Assembly (NCBI GenBank): GCA_963740315.1
Contig: CAVUDP010000002.1
Location: 1,408,001 to 1,472,000, forward strand
DNA length: 64,000 nucleotides
Direction of reading: 5' to 3'
Source of the DNA: an uncultured cyanobacterium
Lineage (GTDB): Bacteria > Cyanobacteriota > Cyanobacteriia > Cyanobacteriales > Nostocaceae
Shown: one piece after another, positions 20,298 through 30,901 of the stretch
Layout of the letters: every line of letters starts with the position of its first letter
Numbering within the stretch: position 1 is the stretch's first letter
Position numbers and translations under genes: made by a program
Notes under the pieces: generated by a model
Seen by the model: the letters and a program-made list of their open reading frames with translations, nothing else
The model's database searches: none
Told to the model about the DNA's origin: nothing

Positions 20298-22583
20298 TTA
20301 AGAACGGTTGAGTAATTCAATCCAAGTGGCGATCGCACGAAAGTAAGGTGCGTTATAGGGGCTTTTCAATGATGTACGAAAATTAACGTCATCTAAAACA
20401 TTAGTAGGTAATCTTGCTAAAGTGTAAGCAACTTTAGGTAAATGTAAGAAATAACGAGTTCCCATAGCACCTTGCGATTTTTGATCTTTAAATTTATCTA
20501 AAGCCTGTTCTTGTATTTCAGCAGTTGTTAAAAGATTGCGAACGAAATTACGAGAATAATTACTTCCTATTTCCTGTTTTTCTAATCTTTCTACAAAAGG
20601 TAATATTCCTAATAAATTGGGTACCGACTCAGGTTGTAAATATGCTTTGATCTCCGAATCAATCAGGTTGATATCTTTTATACCCAGCCATTCATCCCAT
20701 TTAAAAACTTGACCGAATAATCCTAAACTATCTCTACCATTACCCTTAGCGGCTTTTTCAGCATCACCCGATGTATCTGCGGCTTGATATAAGGGAGATT
20801 TCGGTTCCGCAATAGTGATTCCTGCCGATAGCGTAATATCTGGATTCTTTCCTGTAAAAGCACGAAAGCATTGGTAAACATCAAAGCCGAATTCTACAAC
20901 TTCATTCCAAGCACCACTGACAAATAAGTCATCCCCACCAGCATAGATAAATAGTAGATTTAAACGCTCATCTTCCGGCTTTAATTTTTCAATATTTTTA
21001 GGTATATTTTCTTTCCTAAATTCTGCCAAACTATTAAGATAAACCTTGAAAAAATAACTCATCTGACGCGAAAGTCCAGCGATTCTCGCGAGGTTCTTCT
21101 TATTTCCTAAACCTTCAGCAAAGATTCTCCCTAATCTATCTACATCCATCCGCAAATAACCAACTCTTGGTATTGCACCAACTTCTTTGGCTTTTTCCGT
21201 CATTTCATTAGCACGCATGAAACCTTTTTCTTCTGGTTTCTCTGTTTCTTTGCCGTAGTTGCCTAAAAGTAAAGGTATAGGATTGCGGAAAAGACTAAAC
21301 TGATAGTGTTTTAGATCCCAATCGTTAATTAAAAATACGGTTTCGGGATTATTAACTATAGGCTTCCAATTCTCAAATAAATAATAGTAAACGTTGACAG
21401 CTTCACGTCGATCGGTAGCAGGTAATTTAAAAGAAAGTTTATGTGTTTTATCATCGGCTAAATTTTCTGTACTCGAACGTACTATAGAATCAAGTTTTAA
21501 TAACTGTCCTCCTAACTCAAACATTCGCCGACAAGTACCACAAGCAAGCACCGAGTCTGATTCTTTGGAATTAAGCTGTTTTAAGTTTTCTACATCATCT
21601 CGATGACATACTTTGCAAGGTTCATAACTATTTTGCGGTTGAATAAAATCAGCAATCTGTTCGCTGAATTTATGAGTTTTTTGTTTAGATAAACATTTTG
21701 TAATGCTTGTCCAATTTTCGGCAAAATCTTGTGTAGCAATATCTTTAATTGGAAAGCTTAAACAATCAAGCGCGAGAAATACTTTACCCTGGAACTCTTT
21801 TAAAAGCCATTTGTTAAACTGCTGGCGAATTTCTTCTACAATATATTTTATATCCTGATTTTCTGCGGCTAATATATATAAATTTCCACCACCAGCATAA
21901 ATTACATTCGTGCGGGGTAATTCTAAAGCTTGTAAAACTTGCTGTACGACTTCTTCAGTAACTAATTCTAAATAAAAGCTTCTAGCACGTAGAGATTTCA
22001 GCGCACCATCAGAAGATATAGTAAAGATAAAGTTTTGAATTCCCGATAAATCACCCGCAACTAATGTTAGTTGATTTGCATTTAAATTATTAGCCAATGC
22101 ACCAGCAACAGCAGCTGTAGATTTGATAATATCTATCAATGCAACATCTGAATTACCAAAGCTGATGAACGAACCGTATTTTTCTAAAATTAAAGTTAAT
22201 AAAGAAAGGTTTTCCCAGTCTTTTCGATCGAGAGAATTTATAGCTTTTTCAATTTCCTGCTTTAATCTCTCAAAGTCATTCTCTACAGGTTCGGTATCTT
22301 GCGGATAGGGGATAAGGGGAGATTTATCCGCAATAGCTCGTGGATGCCAATAATGTATTTTATCTTGACCCCGTGAAAGTTTCACCGAATCAAACAAAGA
22401 TTGTAACGGCTTGATTTTACAGTTACTATCCCAAGAAAGTAGAGATTTTGCTCGTTTAACAGCATCAGTTTCCGTAGAAGGGGGACATTTGTTTGTTAAT
22501 TCTGCATTAGCCCATTTCGCTAAAATACAAACCCCTTCTCGAACAACTTGCAAAGCATCATGGTAAGCACCTGAATTAGTCAT
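20298..22583 (-). CDS. cas10: Cas10/Csm1 with intact GGDD cyclase and apparently degenerate HD domain
   Basis: GDLSGIQNFIF, LRARSFYL, YAGGG, CKVC...CGTC, RMDVDRLG, YAGGDDLF; no LHD(I/V)GK-type HD motif. Confidence 0.95.
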   Translation of the reverse strand: MTNSGAYHDALQVVREGVCILAKWANAELTNKCPPSTETDAVKRAKSLLSWDSNCKIKPLQSLFDSVKLSRGQDKIHYWHPRAIADKSPLIPYPQDTEPVENDFERLKQEIEKAINSLDRKDWENLSLLTLILEKYGSFISFGNSDVALIDIIKSTAAVAGALANNLNANQLTLVAGDLSGIQNFIFTISSDGALKSLRARSFYLELVTEEVVQQVLQALELPRTNVIYAGGGNLYILAAENQDIKYIVEEIRQQFNKWLLKEFQGKVFLALDCLSFPIKDIATQDFAENWTSITKCLSKQKTHKFSEQIADFIQPQNSYEPCKVCHRDDVENLKQLNSKESDSVLACGTCRRMFELGGQLLKLDSIVRSSTENLADDKTHKLSFKLPATDRREAVNVYYYLFENWKPIVNNPETVFLINDWDLKHYQFSLFRNPIPLLLGNYGKETEKPEEKGFMRANEMTEKAKEVGAIPRVGYLRMDVDRLGRIFAEGLGNKKNLARIAGLSRQMSYFFKVYLNSLAEFRKENIPKNIEKLKPEDERLNLLFIYAGGDDLFVSGAWNEVVEFGFDVYQCFRAFTGKNPDITLSAGITIAEPKSPLYQAADTSGDAEKAAKGNGRDSLGLFGQVFKWDEWLGIKDINLIDSEIKAYLQPESVPNLLGILPFVERLEKQEIGSNYSRNFVRNLLTTAEIQEQALDKFKDQKSQGAMGTRYFLHLPKVAYTLARLPTNVLDDVNFRTSLKSPYNAPYFRAIATWIELLNRS

Positions 22584-22690
22584 AAATCAATAAATAAATC
22601 GGTAGATGTAATCTCAACTATGGAAGATTATTACATATGGATGGAAAAGGGGTATTCCACAAACATTATTCTCAAACACCCGCAATATCC

Positions 22691-23095
22691 TTATCTGGGA
22701 TAACTTAACAACCCCTTTATCCGCTTCAGTAAAACTTCGGGAACATTACGTAGTTTTCCGCGTATCCAAGCACCACTTGTTAATTCTATATCAATTGAAT
22801 CATGTATAATTTCGACTTCCGACAGACTACTGTGAATCACCCCAACTGCTGTTAAATTTCCCCTATCTCTACAAAATTCGTGCCAAGCATCAACCGCTTC
22901 CACTTTGGAACTAACGATCAAATAATGCGTACAAGCTGACAAAATCGGCAGTATCTGGGGCTGTACCATACCCCCAACATCCACTATTACCAAAGACTTC
23001 TGCCGTCGCAACTCCAAAATAGCTTTTTGGTGGTACGGGAAAAATCTTTCTGTATAAGTACCGCGATAAGCCTGCGGCATGGCTTCGCTTACCGC
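22691..23095 (-). pseudogene. csx3: C-terminal remnant of a cyanobacterial Csx3-associated (Csx3-ATPase-like fusion) protein
   Basis: LRRQKSLVIVDVGG...ACTHYLIVSS...WHEFC...GVIHS matches my recollection of the C-terminal domain of cyanobacterial Csx3 fusions; N-terminus missing; predicted ATG lies inside a repeat insertion. Confidence 0.65.
23063..23095. repeat. Small element inserted into a HIP1 site (GCGAT[25 nt]CGC), SDR5-like
   Basis: GCGAT-AAGCCTGCGGCATGGCTTCGCTTAC-CGC; near-identical to 41142-41173. Confidence 0.85.
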
Positions 23096-23241
23096 ACTTT
23101 TTAAATTCCCCTATCTAATCTTCTCAGTTTTCTCATTTAACTCTTACCAAGCCTTCAGTTATAAATCATTTGTTCCTCAGCATCATCCCCGATATTAGTA
23201 ATTAAGGACAAGAAACAAACTAAAAACAGGAACAAAGAATC

Positions 23242-23721
23242 ATGAAATTTAATAAATTAGCTGGACTCGGAATCGCATCAATCGTATTATTTGGTAGCGT
23301 TGGACAATTAGCAATTAACGCATCCCCAGCCGAAGCACTTAAAGCAAGACAAACTATTACAGTTGCAGCAAAATCTAAGTCGCTGATTTCATCTGGTAGC
23401 TTTGTAACCACCGAACAAGATCACCCCACCAACGGTAAAGCTAAAATTGTTAAAGTCAACGGCAAACGCTATCTCGAATTCAGCAAAGGATTCACCACAG
23501 CACGCGGACCAAAGGTAAGAGTTGTTTTACACCGCAATTCAACCGTACCCGTCAATTTACAACAAAAAGATTATGTAACCCTCGCTGCCTTACAACGCTT
23601 CGATGGCGCTCAACGTTACCAAATTCCCGATAATCTTAATTTAGATGATTTTAAATCTGTAGCGATTTGGTGCGAACAGTTTAACGTTACTTTCGGTTAT
23701 GCTAGTTTACAAAATTCTTGA
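23242..23721 (+). CDS. DM13 domain secreted protein
   Basis: Signal peptide; SGSF...HPTNG...F.T..GP...V.L...G.QRY.IP...SVAIWCEQFNVTFG. Confidence 0.9.
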   Translation: MKFNKLAGLGIASIVLFGSVGQLAINASPAEALKARQTITVAAKSKSLISSGSFVTTEQDHPTNGKAKIVKVNGKRYLEFSKGFTTARGPKVRVVLHRNSTVPVNLQQKDYVTLAALQRFDGAQRYQIPDNLNLDDFKSVAIWCEQFNVTFGYASLQNS

Positions 23722-23925
23722 AGTTTGAAAAATTATAAAACTCGTCGAGGCTCAATCCCATCATTTTAAGTGAGAGATTTGAGCTTCGTTGCATTTAGAG
23801 ACGATCGCTCGGCAAGCGGAAGAATTAGAATAATTTTGTAATAATTAATTTGTAGGTCATTATATTTGTAGATCGTTATATAAGTTCTCAAAACAAAACC
23901 GAAGTAAAACTAATAGAAAAATAAT

Positions 23926-24207
23926 TTGATGACAGAATCAGATACTTCAAAACCAAAACCCAAACCACCCGTACCCAAAAAATTCCAGCCAATTACGGTG
24001 GTGGATTGCAACACTGATAGCCCGCGTGTTTTTACGCAATGCTATAAATGCGACCAACCCCTATTAATTCAAACCCATCACGATGGGAACGAACCAATAG
24101 ATCATAAAGTACAGTGTCCAACCTGCGGTGGAATAGCGTTTTTCGCCCACGCACCTCAAGTAACTGCTGTAATGCCGTTAGGAGAAGCTCCTACACCGAG
24201 TAATTAG
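23926..24207 (+). CDS. Small zinc-ribbon hypothetical protein
   Basis: CYKC...CPTC pairs; Pro-rich termini. Confidence 0.6.
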   Translation: MMTESDTSKPKPKPPVPKKFQPITVVDCNTDSPRVFTQCYKCDQPLLIQTHHDGNEPIDHKVQCPTCGGIAFFAHAPQVTAVMPLGEAPTPSN

Positions 24208-24337
24208 TCTTCTACGATCGATTATTTTAAGTATTAGAATTCCCCCTTACAAAAGGGGGATTTGCGTAAGTTCTAACGGTTTTCACTAGCAGTGCAAATA
24301 GTATACATTGCTACAATATTTATTTTTCGACTTATAA

Positions 24338-24380
24338 ATAAAAAAAATCAGTAGCATCTTTGCATTGCAGAGCTACCGAT
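24338..24380 (-). terminator. Intrinsic terminator on the minus strand, downstream of pdxA
   Basis: Minus strand ATCGGTAGC-TCTGCAATGCAAAGAT-GCTACTGAT followed by a T-run. Confidence 0.7.
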
Positions 24381-24532
24381 CTAAAATTTAGTGTGTGTGA
24401 AGTGTGGAAATTTCGGTGGATTAAAGTTATATAAATCACCTATCACACTAGCATAACCGAAAAAGTAACGGATGCGAAGTGTTATTTGAATAAAATTTGT
24501 CTGCTCAGTTATATAACAGTTCCCCACTCGCT

Positions 24533-25621
24533 TTATTTTCCCAACCTTACAGATACCAACTCACTCGCTAAATCAATAGCAGCTTTCATGCTCGTCGCGT
24601 CAGCGATACCTTTTCCTGCAATATCAAACGCCGTTCCGTGGTCGGGAGATGTTCTAATAAAAGGTAATCCAATCGTAGTATTAACTGCGCGATCGAAAGC
24701 CATCAACTTGACTGGAATCAAACCTTGATCGTGATAAAGCGCTAAATAACCATCCGCTGCTTGAATTTTAGATTCAATTTTAGAATTACCATACCAAACT
24801 TGTCCCGGTTTTACCCACATCGTATCTGGCGGAATCGGTCCAATTAAAGTTAAATTTGGACGCTTAATATTTTCTTCTTCCAACCAAGCAATCAACCAAT
24901 CTGCTTCTTCACGCCCTAATTGTCCTTTTTCTCCACTGTGGGGATTTAATCCGGCGATCGCAATTTTCCCATTTTTAATTCCAAAGTCTTTTTCCAAACA
25001 TTCCACCAGTAAATCGAGTTTCTGCGTCATTAATTCCGGTGTCAGCGTTTCTGGGACTTGACACAATGGTATATGTGTGGTTGCAAGTAGAGTTCGCAGA
25101 CTCCAATTAGTGTGCGGCGATCGAGCTACAAACAACATCCCAAACCTTTGTACGCCAGCCAAATGGGCTAAAAGTTCAGTTTGTCCCGGATAATTATATC
25201 CCGCAGCCTTCCAAGCAGATTTTGCGATCGGACCAGTCACAATCCCATCAAATTTACCTGCAAGCGTAGCAGCGATCGCAGTTTCCATATAAGCAAAACT
25301 TGCCGCACCACTCGCCGCATTTTCAACACCAAGAGTAACTGCATCTTTAATATTGCCGTCCAAACTCACATCCAAGATAGATAAATCGGCAGGATTAGCC
25401 AAAAAATCTATATTTTCATGTTGTTGTAAATGGGTATAATTTTTTAATAGTAAATCTCGGTTTCCAACTACAGTTAAATCACAACCTTTACCAATCTGCG
25501 AATCGGTCAAAGCCTTTAGAACAACTTCGGTTCCAATTCCTGCCGGGTCCCCCAAAGTTAACGCCAAACGAGGGCGAAGTTCTACATCAGAAATAGCCGA
25601 TTCATGATTTAATTGATACAT
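24533..25621 (-). CDS. pdxA: 4-hydroxythreonine-4-phosphate dehydrogenase
   Basis: [28 protein letters not shown] and [16 protein letters not shown] motifs. Confidence 0.97.
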   Translation of the reverse strand: MYQLNHESAISDVELRPRLALTLGDPAGIGTEVVLKALTDSQIGKGCDLTVVGNRDLLLKNYTHLQQHENIDFLANPADLSILDVSLDGNIKDAVTLGVENAASGAASFAYMETAIAATLAGKFDGIVTGPIAKSAWKAAGYNYPGQTELLAHLAGVQRFGMLFVARSPHTNWSLRTLLATTHIPLCQVPETLTPELMTQKLDLLVECLEKDFGIKNGKIAIAGLNPHSGEKGQLGREEADWLIAWLEEENIKRPNLTLIGPIPPDTMWVKPGQVWYGNSKIESKIQAADGYLALYHDQGLIPVKLMAFDRAVNTTIGLPFIRTSPDHGTAFDIAGKGIADATSMKAAIDLASELVSVRLGK

Positions 25622-25738
25622 AAGATTTAGGAGTTAAGAGTTAGGAGTTAGGAATTAGGAGTGAGGAATTAAGAGTTAAGAATTAGAAGTTGGAATTTAA
25701 CAATTTTAATTTCTTTCCATCCCCAATTACCAATGCCC

Positions 25739-25762
25739 ATTCACCGTAGGTGGGAGGTAGCC
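25739..25762 (-). repeat. 24-nt dispersed element GGCTACCTCCCACCT(A/C)CGGTGAAT (copies at 31043-31066 and 31082-31105; variant at 27156-27182)
   Basis: Direct sequence comparison; each copy is embedded in TGGGCAT/TGGGGAT heptamer tracts. Confidence 0.85.
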
Positions 25763-25835
25763 TAATGCCCAAAGCCCAGTTAACAACCGCTCTGGTAAAC
25801 TAAACTTAATAATTAACTAATCAAGGAGAACTCAA

Positions 25836-25943
25836 ATGGGCGGCGAAATGTTCAATGCAGCTATTTTATCCTTCGGCTTAATCTTTGTTGGTTGGGCTAT
25901 AGGTGTTTTGTTACTTAAGATTCAAGGCGCTGAACCGGAATAA
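25836..25943 (+). CDS. petM: Cytochrome b6f subunit 7 (PetM), not in the ORF track
   Basis: [44 protein letters not shown]; upstream of ycf39. Confidence 0.95.
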   Translation: MGGEMFNAAILSFGLIFVGWAIGVLLLKIQGAEPE

Positions 25944-26105
25944 AAATTCCAGGCAAAAACGCTTTCTACTATGGCTAGAGACTTTATACGGGCAGTCTCT
26001 GCCATCAACTAGTCTTATGTGATAGATTTTGCTTTACTTTTGCTTAAAAAAACAATTCTGATAAAATTGTTTTAATAAAAGTTAACATTTTTTTAATCAA
26101 ACCTG

Positions 26106-27089
26106 ATGAAAATACTGATAGTGGGTGCCACTGGTACTTTGGGAAGACAGATAGCTCGTCATGCGATTGATGAAGGTTATGAGGTACGCTGTCTAGTCCG
26201 AAGTACTAAAAAAGCGGCATTTCTGAAAGAATGGGGAGCCGAATTAGTACGGGCAGATTTATGTTTTCCCTATACCCTCGAACCTGCACTTGAAGGTGTG
26301 AACGCTGTAATTGATGCATCTACATCTCGTCCTACAGATTCACTTAGTATTAAACAAGTCGATTGGGATGGAAAAGTAGCATTAATTCAAGCGGCAGCAG
26401 CAGCAAAGGTTGAACGTTTTATCTTTTTCTCAATATTAAATAATCAAGATTATCCAGAAGTACCCTTGATGGAAATCAAGCGATGTACCGAACTGTTTTT
26501 GGCAGAATCTGGCTTAAACTACACCGTTTTACAGTTAGCTGGCTTCATGCAAGGTTTAATTGGGCAATACGGTATTCCGATTCTGGAAGCACAACCAGTG
26601 TGGGTAACGGGAGAGTCTTCCCCGATCGCCTACATGGATACTCAAGATGTTGCAAAATTCGCGCTTAAAGCCCTGAAAAAAGAAGAAACCCAAAATAAAA
26701 TATTTCCAGTAGTGGGAACCCGTCCCTGGAGTGCCCAAGAAATCATCAACTTGTGCGAACGTTTATCTGGGAAGACAGCAAGAATAACGCGGATGCCGTT
26801 AAACTTACTTCGTGCCATTCGTAATATGCTGCGTTTCTTTCAGTGGGGATGGAACGTATCCGATAGACTTTCTTTTACAGAAGTTTTGGCAAGCGGCAAA
26901 CCGTTAGATGCCCCAATGGATGAAACATACAAAGCTTTTGGTATAGATAAAAGTGAAATAACTACTTTAGAATCTTATTTCCAAGAATATTTCAACAGAA
27001 TTACGAAAAAGCTTAGAGAGTTGGATTACCAGCAAAATAAAGGTAAGAAAAAGAAAGAAAAAAGAACTCCGTTTAAGCAATCTTCTTAA
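26106..27089 (+). CDS. ycf39: Ycf39 / NmrA-like SDR protein (PSII assembly)
   Basis: GATGTLGRQIAR, FLKEWGAELV and FQWGWNVSDRLSF motifs. Confidence 0.92.
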   Translation: MKILIVGATGTLGRQIARHAIDEGYEVRCLVRSTKKAAFLKEWGAELVRADLCFPYTLEPALEGVNAVIDASTSRPTDSLSIKQVDWDGKVALIQAAAAAKVERFIFFSILNNQDYPEVPLMEIKRCTELFLAESGLNYTVLQLAGFMQGLIGQYGIPILEAQPVWVTGESSPIAYMDTQDVAKFALKALKKEETQNKIFPVVGTRPWSAQEIINLCERLSGKTARITRMPLNLLRAIRNMLRFFQWGWNVSDRLSFTEVLASGKPLDAPMDETYKAFGIDKSEITTLESYFQEYFNRITKKLRELDYQQNKGKKKKEKRTPFKQSS

Positions 27090-27094
27090 AAGCG

Positions 27095-27393
27095 AATGGG
27101 GAATTGGGCATTAGGAATTGGGAATTGGGAATTGGGCATTAGGAATTGGGAATTGGGCTACGCCCGCACGCTGCGCGTGAATGGGCATTGGAACCACCGG
27201 AGTTAGGAATTTTTCTCTCCTTGTCTCCTTGTCCCCTTGTCCCCCCATCTCCCCATCCCCCCATCTCCCCATCCCCCCATCTCCCCATCCCCCCATCTCC
27301 CCATCCCCCCATCTCCTTGTCTCCCCATCCCCCCATCTCCTTGTCTCCCCATCCCCCCATCTCCTTGTCTCCCCATCCCCAATGCCCCATTCC
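27095..27393. repeat. STRR tandem arrays (TGGGAAT; CCCCATCT/CCCCATCC; CTCCTTGT)
   Basis: Visible 7-8 bp tandem units. Confidence 0.92.
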
Positions 27394-27475
27394 CTTTTAA
27401 AAAGGTGTACTAGATACGCAAAATGTGTAAATATTAATTCTATAAAAAGCGTCTTCTTTAATTTGGATATTGAGC

Positions 27476-28393
27476 GTGCCCAAAGCAGGCATTATATATA
27501 ACGACGAGAAACCGATAGCGGGTCGTATCGCTGTCGAATTAAAAGAACAGTTCACCGAGCAAGGTTGGGATGTATGTCTCACCAGTGGTATCGGTGGAAT
27601 TTTGGGCTACTCGACTCCGCGAAGCCCTGTATGTCATACGCCGATAGAAGGACTTACACCCCCCGGCTTTGACTCGTCTATGAAATTTGTAGTGGTATTA
27701 GGAGGAGATGGTACAGTTTTAGCCGCGTCTCGCCAAGTCGCACCCTGCGGAATTCCGATGCTGACGATTAATACTGGTCACATGGGCTTTTTAACTGAAG
27801 CTTATGTGAATCAATTGCCCGATGCAATAGAAAAGGTGTTAGCAGGTAATTACGATATTGAAGAACGAGTCATGCTTGCCGTCAAGGTATACCGCAAAGA
27901 ATCAGTACTTTGGGAAGCTTTATGCTTAAACGAAATGGTACTGCATCGCGAACCTTTGACTTCGATGTGTCATTTTGAGATAGCTATAGGTCGTCATGCG
28001 GCGGTGGATATAGCAGCAGATGGTATCATTGTTTCCACTCCGACGGGTTCCACAGCTTATTCTTTAAGTGCTGGCGGTCCGGTGGTAACTCCAGGTGTGG
28101 CGGTGTTACAGCTAGTGCCTATTTGTCCTCACTCTTTAGCATCAAGAGCGTTGGTATTTCCAGATAACGAGCTAGTTAATATTCATCCGGTAAATTCAAC
28201 TCAATTAGTAATGACAGTTGACGGTAACGGTGGATGTTATGTTTTGCCAGAAGACCGCATTTATATAGAAAAATCAAATTACAGCGCCCGTTTTATTCGC
28301 CTTCAATCTCCCGAATTTTTCCGAATTTTACGAGAAAAGTTAGGTTGGGGTTTACCTCATATTGCCAAACCTACATCTGTAGAAATTCCTTGA
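27476..28393 (+). CDS. nadK: NAD(+) kinase
   Basis: [18 protein letters not shown] and [15 protein letters not shown] motifs; GTG start assumed. Confidence 0.96.
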   Translation: MPKAGIIYNDEKPIAGRIAVELKEQFTEQGWDVCLTSGIGGILGYSTPRSPVCHTPIEGLTPPGFDSSMKFVVVLGGDGTVLAASRQVAPCGIPMLTINTGHMGFLTEAYVNQLPDAIEKVLAGNYDIEERVMLAVKVYRKESVLWEALCLNEMVLHREPLTSMCHFEIAIGRHAAVDIAADGIIVSTPTGSTAYSLSAGGPVVTPGVAVLQLVPICPHSLASRALVFPDNELVNIHPVNSTQLVMTVDGNGGCYVLPEDRIYIEKSNYSARFIRLQSPEFFRILREKLGWGLPHIAKPTSVEIP

Positions 28394-28715
28394 ATTAGGC
28401 ATGAGAGATTAGTTTTTTGCGAAAGAAGCGTTTTTCACTTATCACAAAGAAAAACGCTCAATTATTAATTAATTATTAAGAATATTGGATATTTTCATAT
28501 CTTCGATTAATACTTGGACGTGCTAAAACATTGTTGAAAACGTGCCAAGTATAAATTAACTGTAATAAAAGCAACTATTACAATAATTTTACGTCAAAAT
28601 TTTCACTCGGACGAATCATAGCGTCTGTTTGTATCTTATTGTAAATTCTACGCTTATTAAGATGGGCAATTAACTTTCGTTAGCCCTTCTTTTATAGGAT
28701 AACTTCTGTAAAAAT

Positions 28716-29402
28716 ATGACTTTTGCTCACAACCCTTGTGTTTTGGTAATAGAAAGCGACGAAAATCTGGCAAGTCAGCTTTCTTCGGATTTAAAAGAGA
28801 TTGGTTATGAACCGATTTTAGCGTCAGATACAACTTCCGGCTTGAAACAGATGAGAGATCGTCAACCTGCTTTGATTGTTGTCGATAGAATGCTGGCGGG
28901 AGAATCGGGAATCTCGTTATGCAAAAATCTCAGAACTAATGGAGTGTGTTCTCCAGTACTGATGTTGATGTCGAGAGATTCAGTTGATGACAGAGTGGCG
29001 TGTTTGGAAGCAGGTGCGGATGATTATTTTCTCAAACCTTACCGTTCGGAAAACTTCATTAATTTAGTTCGACTGTATTTGAAGCCGGATGTCGATACAT
29101 CAGAACAATTGCGTTTTGGAGATTTAATTTTAGATTTAGCTACTCGTCGCGCTATTAATAACGAACGGGTAATAGATTTGACAATGAAAGAATTTGAACT
29201 GTTAAAGTATCTAATGGAACATCCTCGTGAAGTATTAACTCGCGAGCAAATTTTAGAAAATGTTTGGGGCTATGACTTTATGGGCGAGTCTAACGTAATC
29301 GAAGTTTATATTCGTTACTTGCGGCTCAAAATAGAAGACGAAACTCAAAAACGGCTAATTCAAACTGTACGGGGTGTCGGTTATGTGTTGAGAGACTCTT
29401 AA
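28716..29402 (+). CDS. nblR: OmpR-family response regulator NblR
   Basis: Atypical receiver (VDRMLAGESG), GADDY, wHTH LTMKEFELL...SNVIEVYIRYLR; lies next to nadK. Confidence 0.85.
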   Translation: MTFAHNPCVLVIESDENLASQLSSDLKEIGYEPILASDTTSGLKQMRDRQPALIVVDRMLAGESGISLCKNLRTNGVCSPVLMLMSRDSVDDRVACLEAGADDYFLKPYRSENFINLVRLYLKPDVDTSEQLRFGDLILDLATRRAINNERVIDLTMKEFELLKYLMEHPREVLTREQILENVWGYDFMGESNVIEVYIRYLRLKIEDETQKRLIQTVRGVGYVLRDS

Positions 29403-29661
29403 CAGCAAGCGAGACTTCAAAATAATTTCTTACTAACACAAGAATTCTGCATAGTTTTACAGACAACACCAGATACTTATAGATTTTCTTCTAATAAAGA
29501 GACAGTTTGAAGGCATTCGCTCATCTGACTCAACTATGAAGAAAATATTAAGACGGTGAAATTCATATTGCATTAAATATGAGGGCATCAGCAACTTGAA
29601 ATCTAATATTCAAATGCAAAACTTTTCATTACATAACTTTGGAGTAATAAATAAAAATTCC

Positions 29662-30180
29662 ATGAAATATTATCAAAGATTGTTACCTATAGTATTAGGC
29701 GTTTTACTTATAAGTTGTTCCGGGCAAACACCAGCAGAAACTCCTAATATCACCGTATCCCAAACTCCATTAGTAGTGAATAATTTAGGTCAAGAACTAC
29801 CAATAAGTGCTGTTGCAACAATTCCCAACAGTACGCAAATTCAATTAGAAGTAGCAAAGACACCACAACAGCAGGCAATGGGATTGATGTACAGACCGGC
29901 TTTGCCAGATAACCGAGGGATGTTGTTTAACTTTGCATCACCTCAACCAGTTAGTTTTTGGATGAAAAATGTACCCGTTGCTTTAGATATGGTTTTTCTG
30001 CGTAAAGGAGTAGTTCAATATATTGCAGAAAAAGTACCTCCTTGTACAAAAGAACCTTGCCCTACTTATGGTCCGAGAACTCTTATCGACCAAGTAATTG
30101 AATTACGTTCCGGACGAGCTGCGGAATTAAATTTGAAAAAAGGAGATATAGTAACAATTAATTCTATCAAAACCAAATAA
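29662..30180 (+). CDS. DUF192 family lipoprotein
   Basis: Lipobox LISC; LEVA.TP.QQAMGLMYR, GMLF, FWMKN..LDM.F. Confidence 0.9.
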   Translation: MKYYQRLLPIVLGVLLISCSGQTPAETPNITVSQTPLVVNNLGQELPISAVATIPNSTQIQLEVAKTPQQQAMGLMYRPALPDNRGMLFNFASPQPVSFWMKNVPVALDMVFLRKGVVQYIAEKVPPCTKEPCPTYGPRTLIDQVIELRSGRAAELNLKKGDIVTINSIKTK

Positions 30181-30709
30181 TTACTTATAAACAAATGATA
30201 GTATATCTGCTTAGATAGCTTAATAGATAAACTCTCTCGTCGATTATTGTTAAAAAAGTATCTAAAATCATGGTATAAAAATAACTTGTGATGTTAAGAT
30301 TTGCTTTACTGCTAATCGGTTATTAACCGGCGCAAAATATGGGGTTCGAGTAGCAATTTTATAATTTGATAGTAAAAATCTTCCTTTCGGTGTACGTGTA
30401 AACAGTCGCTAATAAGGGAGTATAAGCTATGGAATCTTTGTTACAAGAAATAAAATCAGCTGTCCTTACTTAAGTAGAAAGTATTAAACTCTTTTAAATT
30501 AAGTGAAGTGCTACTTGAGACTATAAATAAGAAATCAAGCTAAAATGTTTACTTCCCGTACTTCTCCTTTGTTTTCTGGCATTGGACAAACCGTACTCAA
30601 TTGTTTATCAAACAACTTTGCAATGAAGGATGAATTACTGGCTACTAGCTACTGGTGAATTATGGATAGATATATGACGATAAACTCTACTGAAGGAGGT
30701 GAGACAAAA

Positions 30710-30901
30710 GTGACACAATCTAGTTATTCACGACTGATCCGTTTTTTGCAAGATGACTTATCAATTTCTGCGGCTTCCCTAGCGGTAGCCTTGCGCCATA
30801 GCGAACAAGATCCAGGTCCGTTGCCAATGATACTGTGGCAATATGGCTTGGTAACTTTAGAACAGTTAGAGCAAATTTACGATTGGTTGGAGACAGCATA
30901 G
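30710..30901 (+). CDS. DUF2949 family protein
   Basis: LIRFLQDDLSIS...LPMILWQYGLVTLEQLEQIYDWL; GGAGG RBS before GTG 30710. Confidence 0.88.
   Translation: MTQSSYSRLIRFLQDDLSISAASLAVALRHSEQDPGPLPMILWQYGLVTLEQLEQIYDWLETA

Noticed and set aside
22558..22563. HD dipeptide near the Cas10 N-terminus (AYHDAL) as a nuclease motif
   Set aside because: Lacks the surrounding LHD(I/V)GK context and downstream conserved residues; treated as unproven
13572..23241. CRISPR array near the cas operon
   Set aside because: No regularly spaced ~35-bp repeats with unique spacers seen in the flanks or elsewhere; tandem arrays in the window are 7-8 bp STRRs
27111..27501. ORFs rich in MGGWGD / SPHPPI repeats (also 32589-33040, 39531-39914, 55438-55809, 30720-31207, 9747-9941)
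   Set aside because: Translations of STRR and composite repeats, not credible proteins
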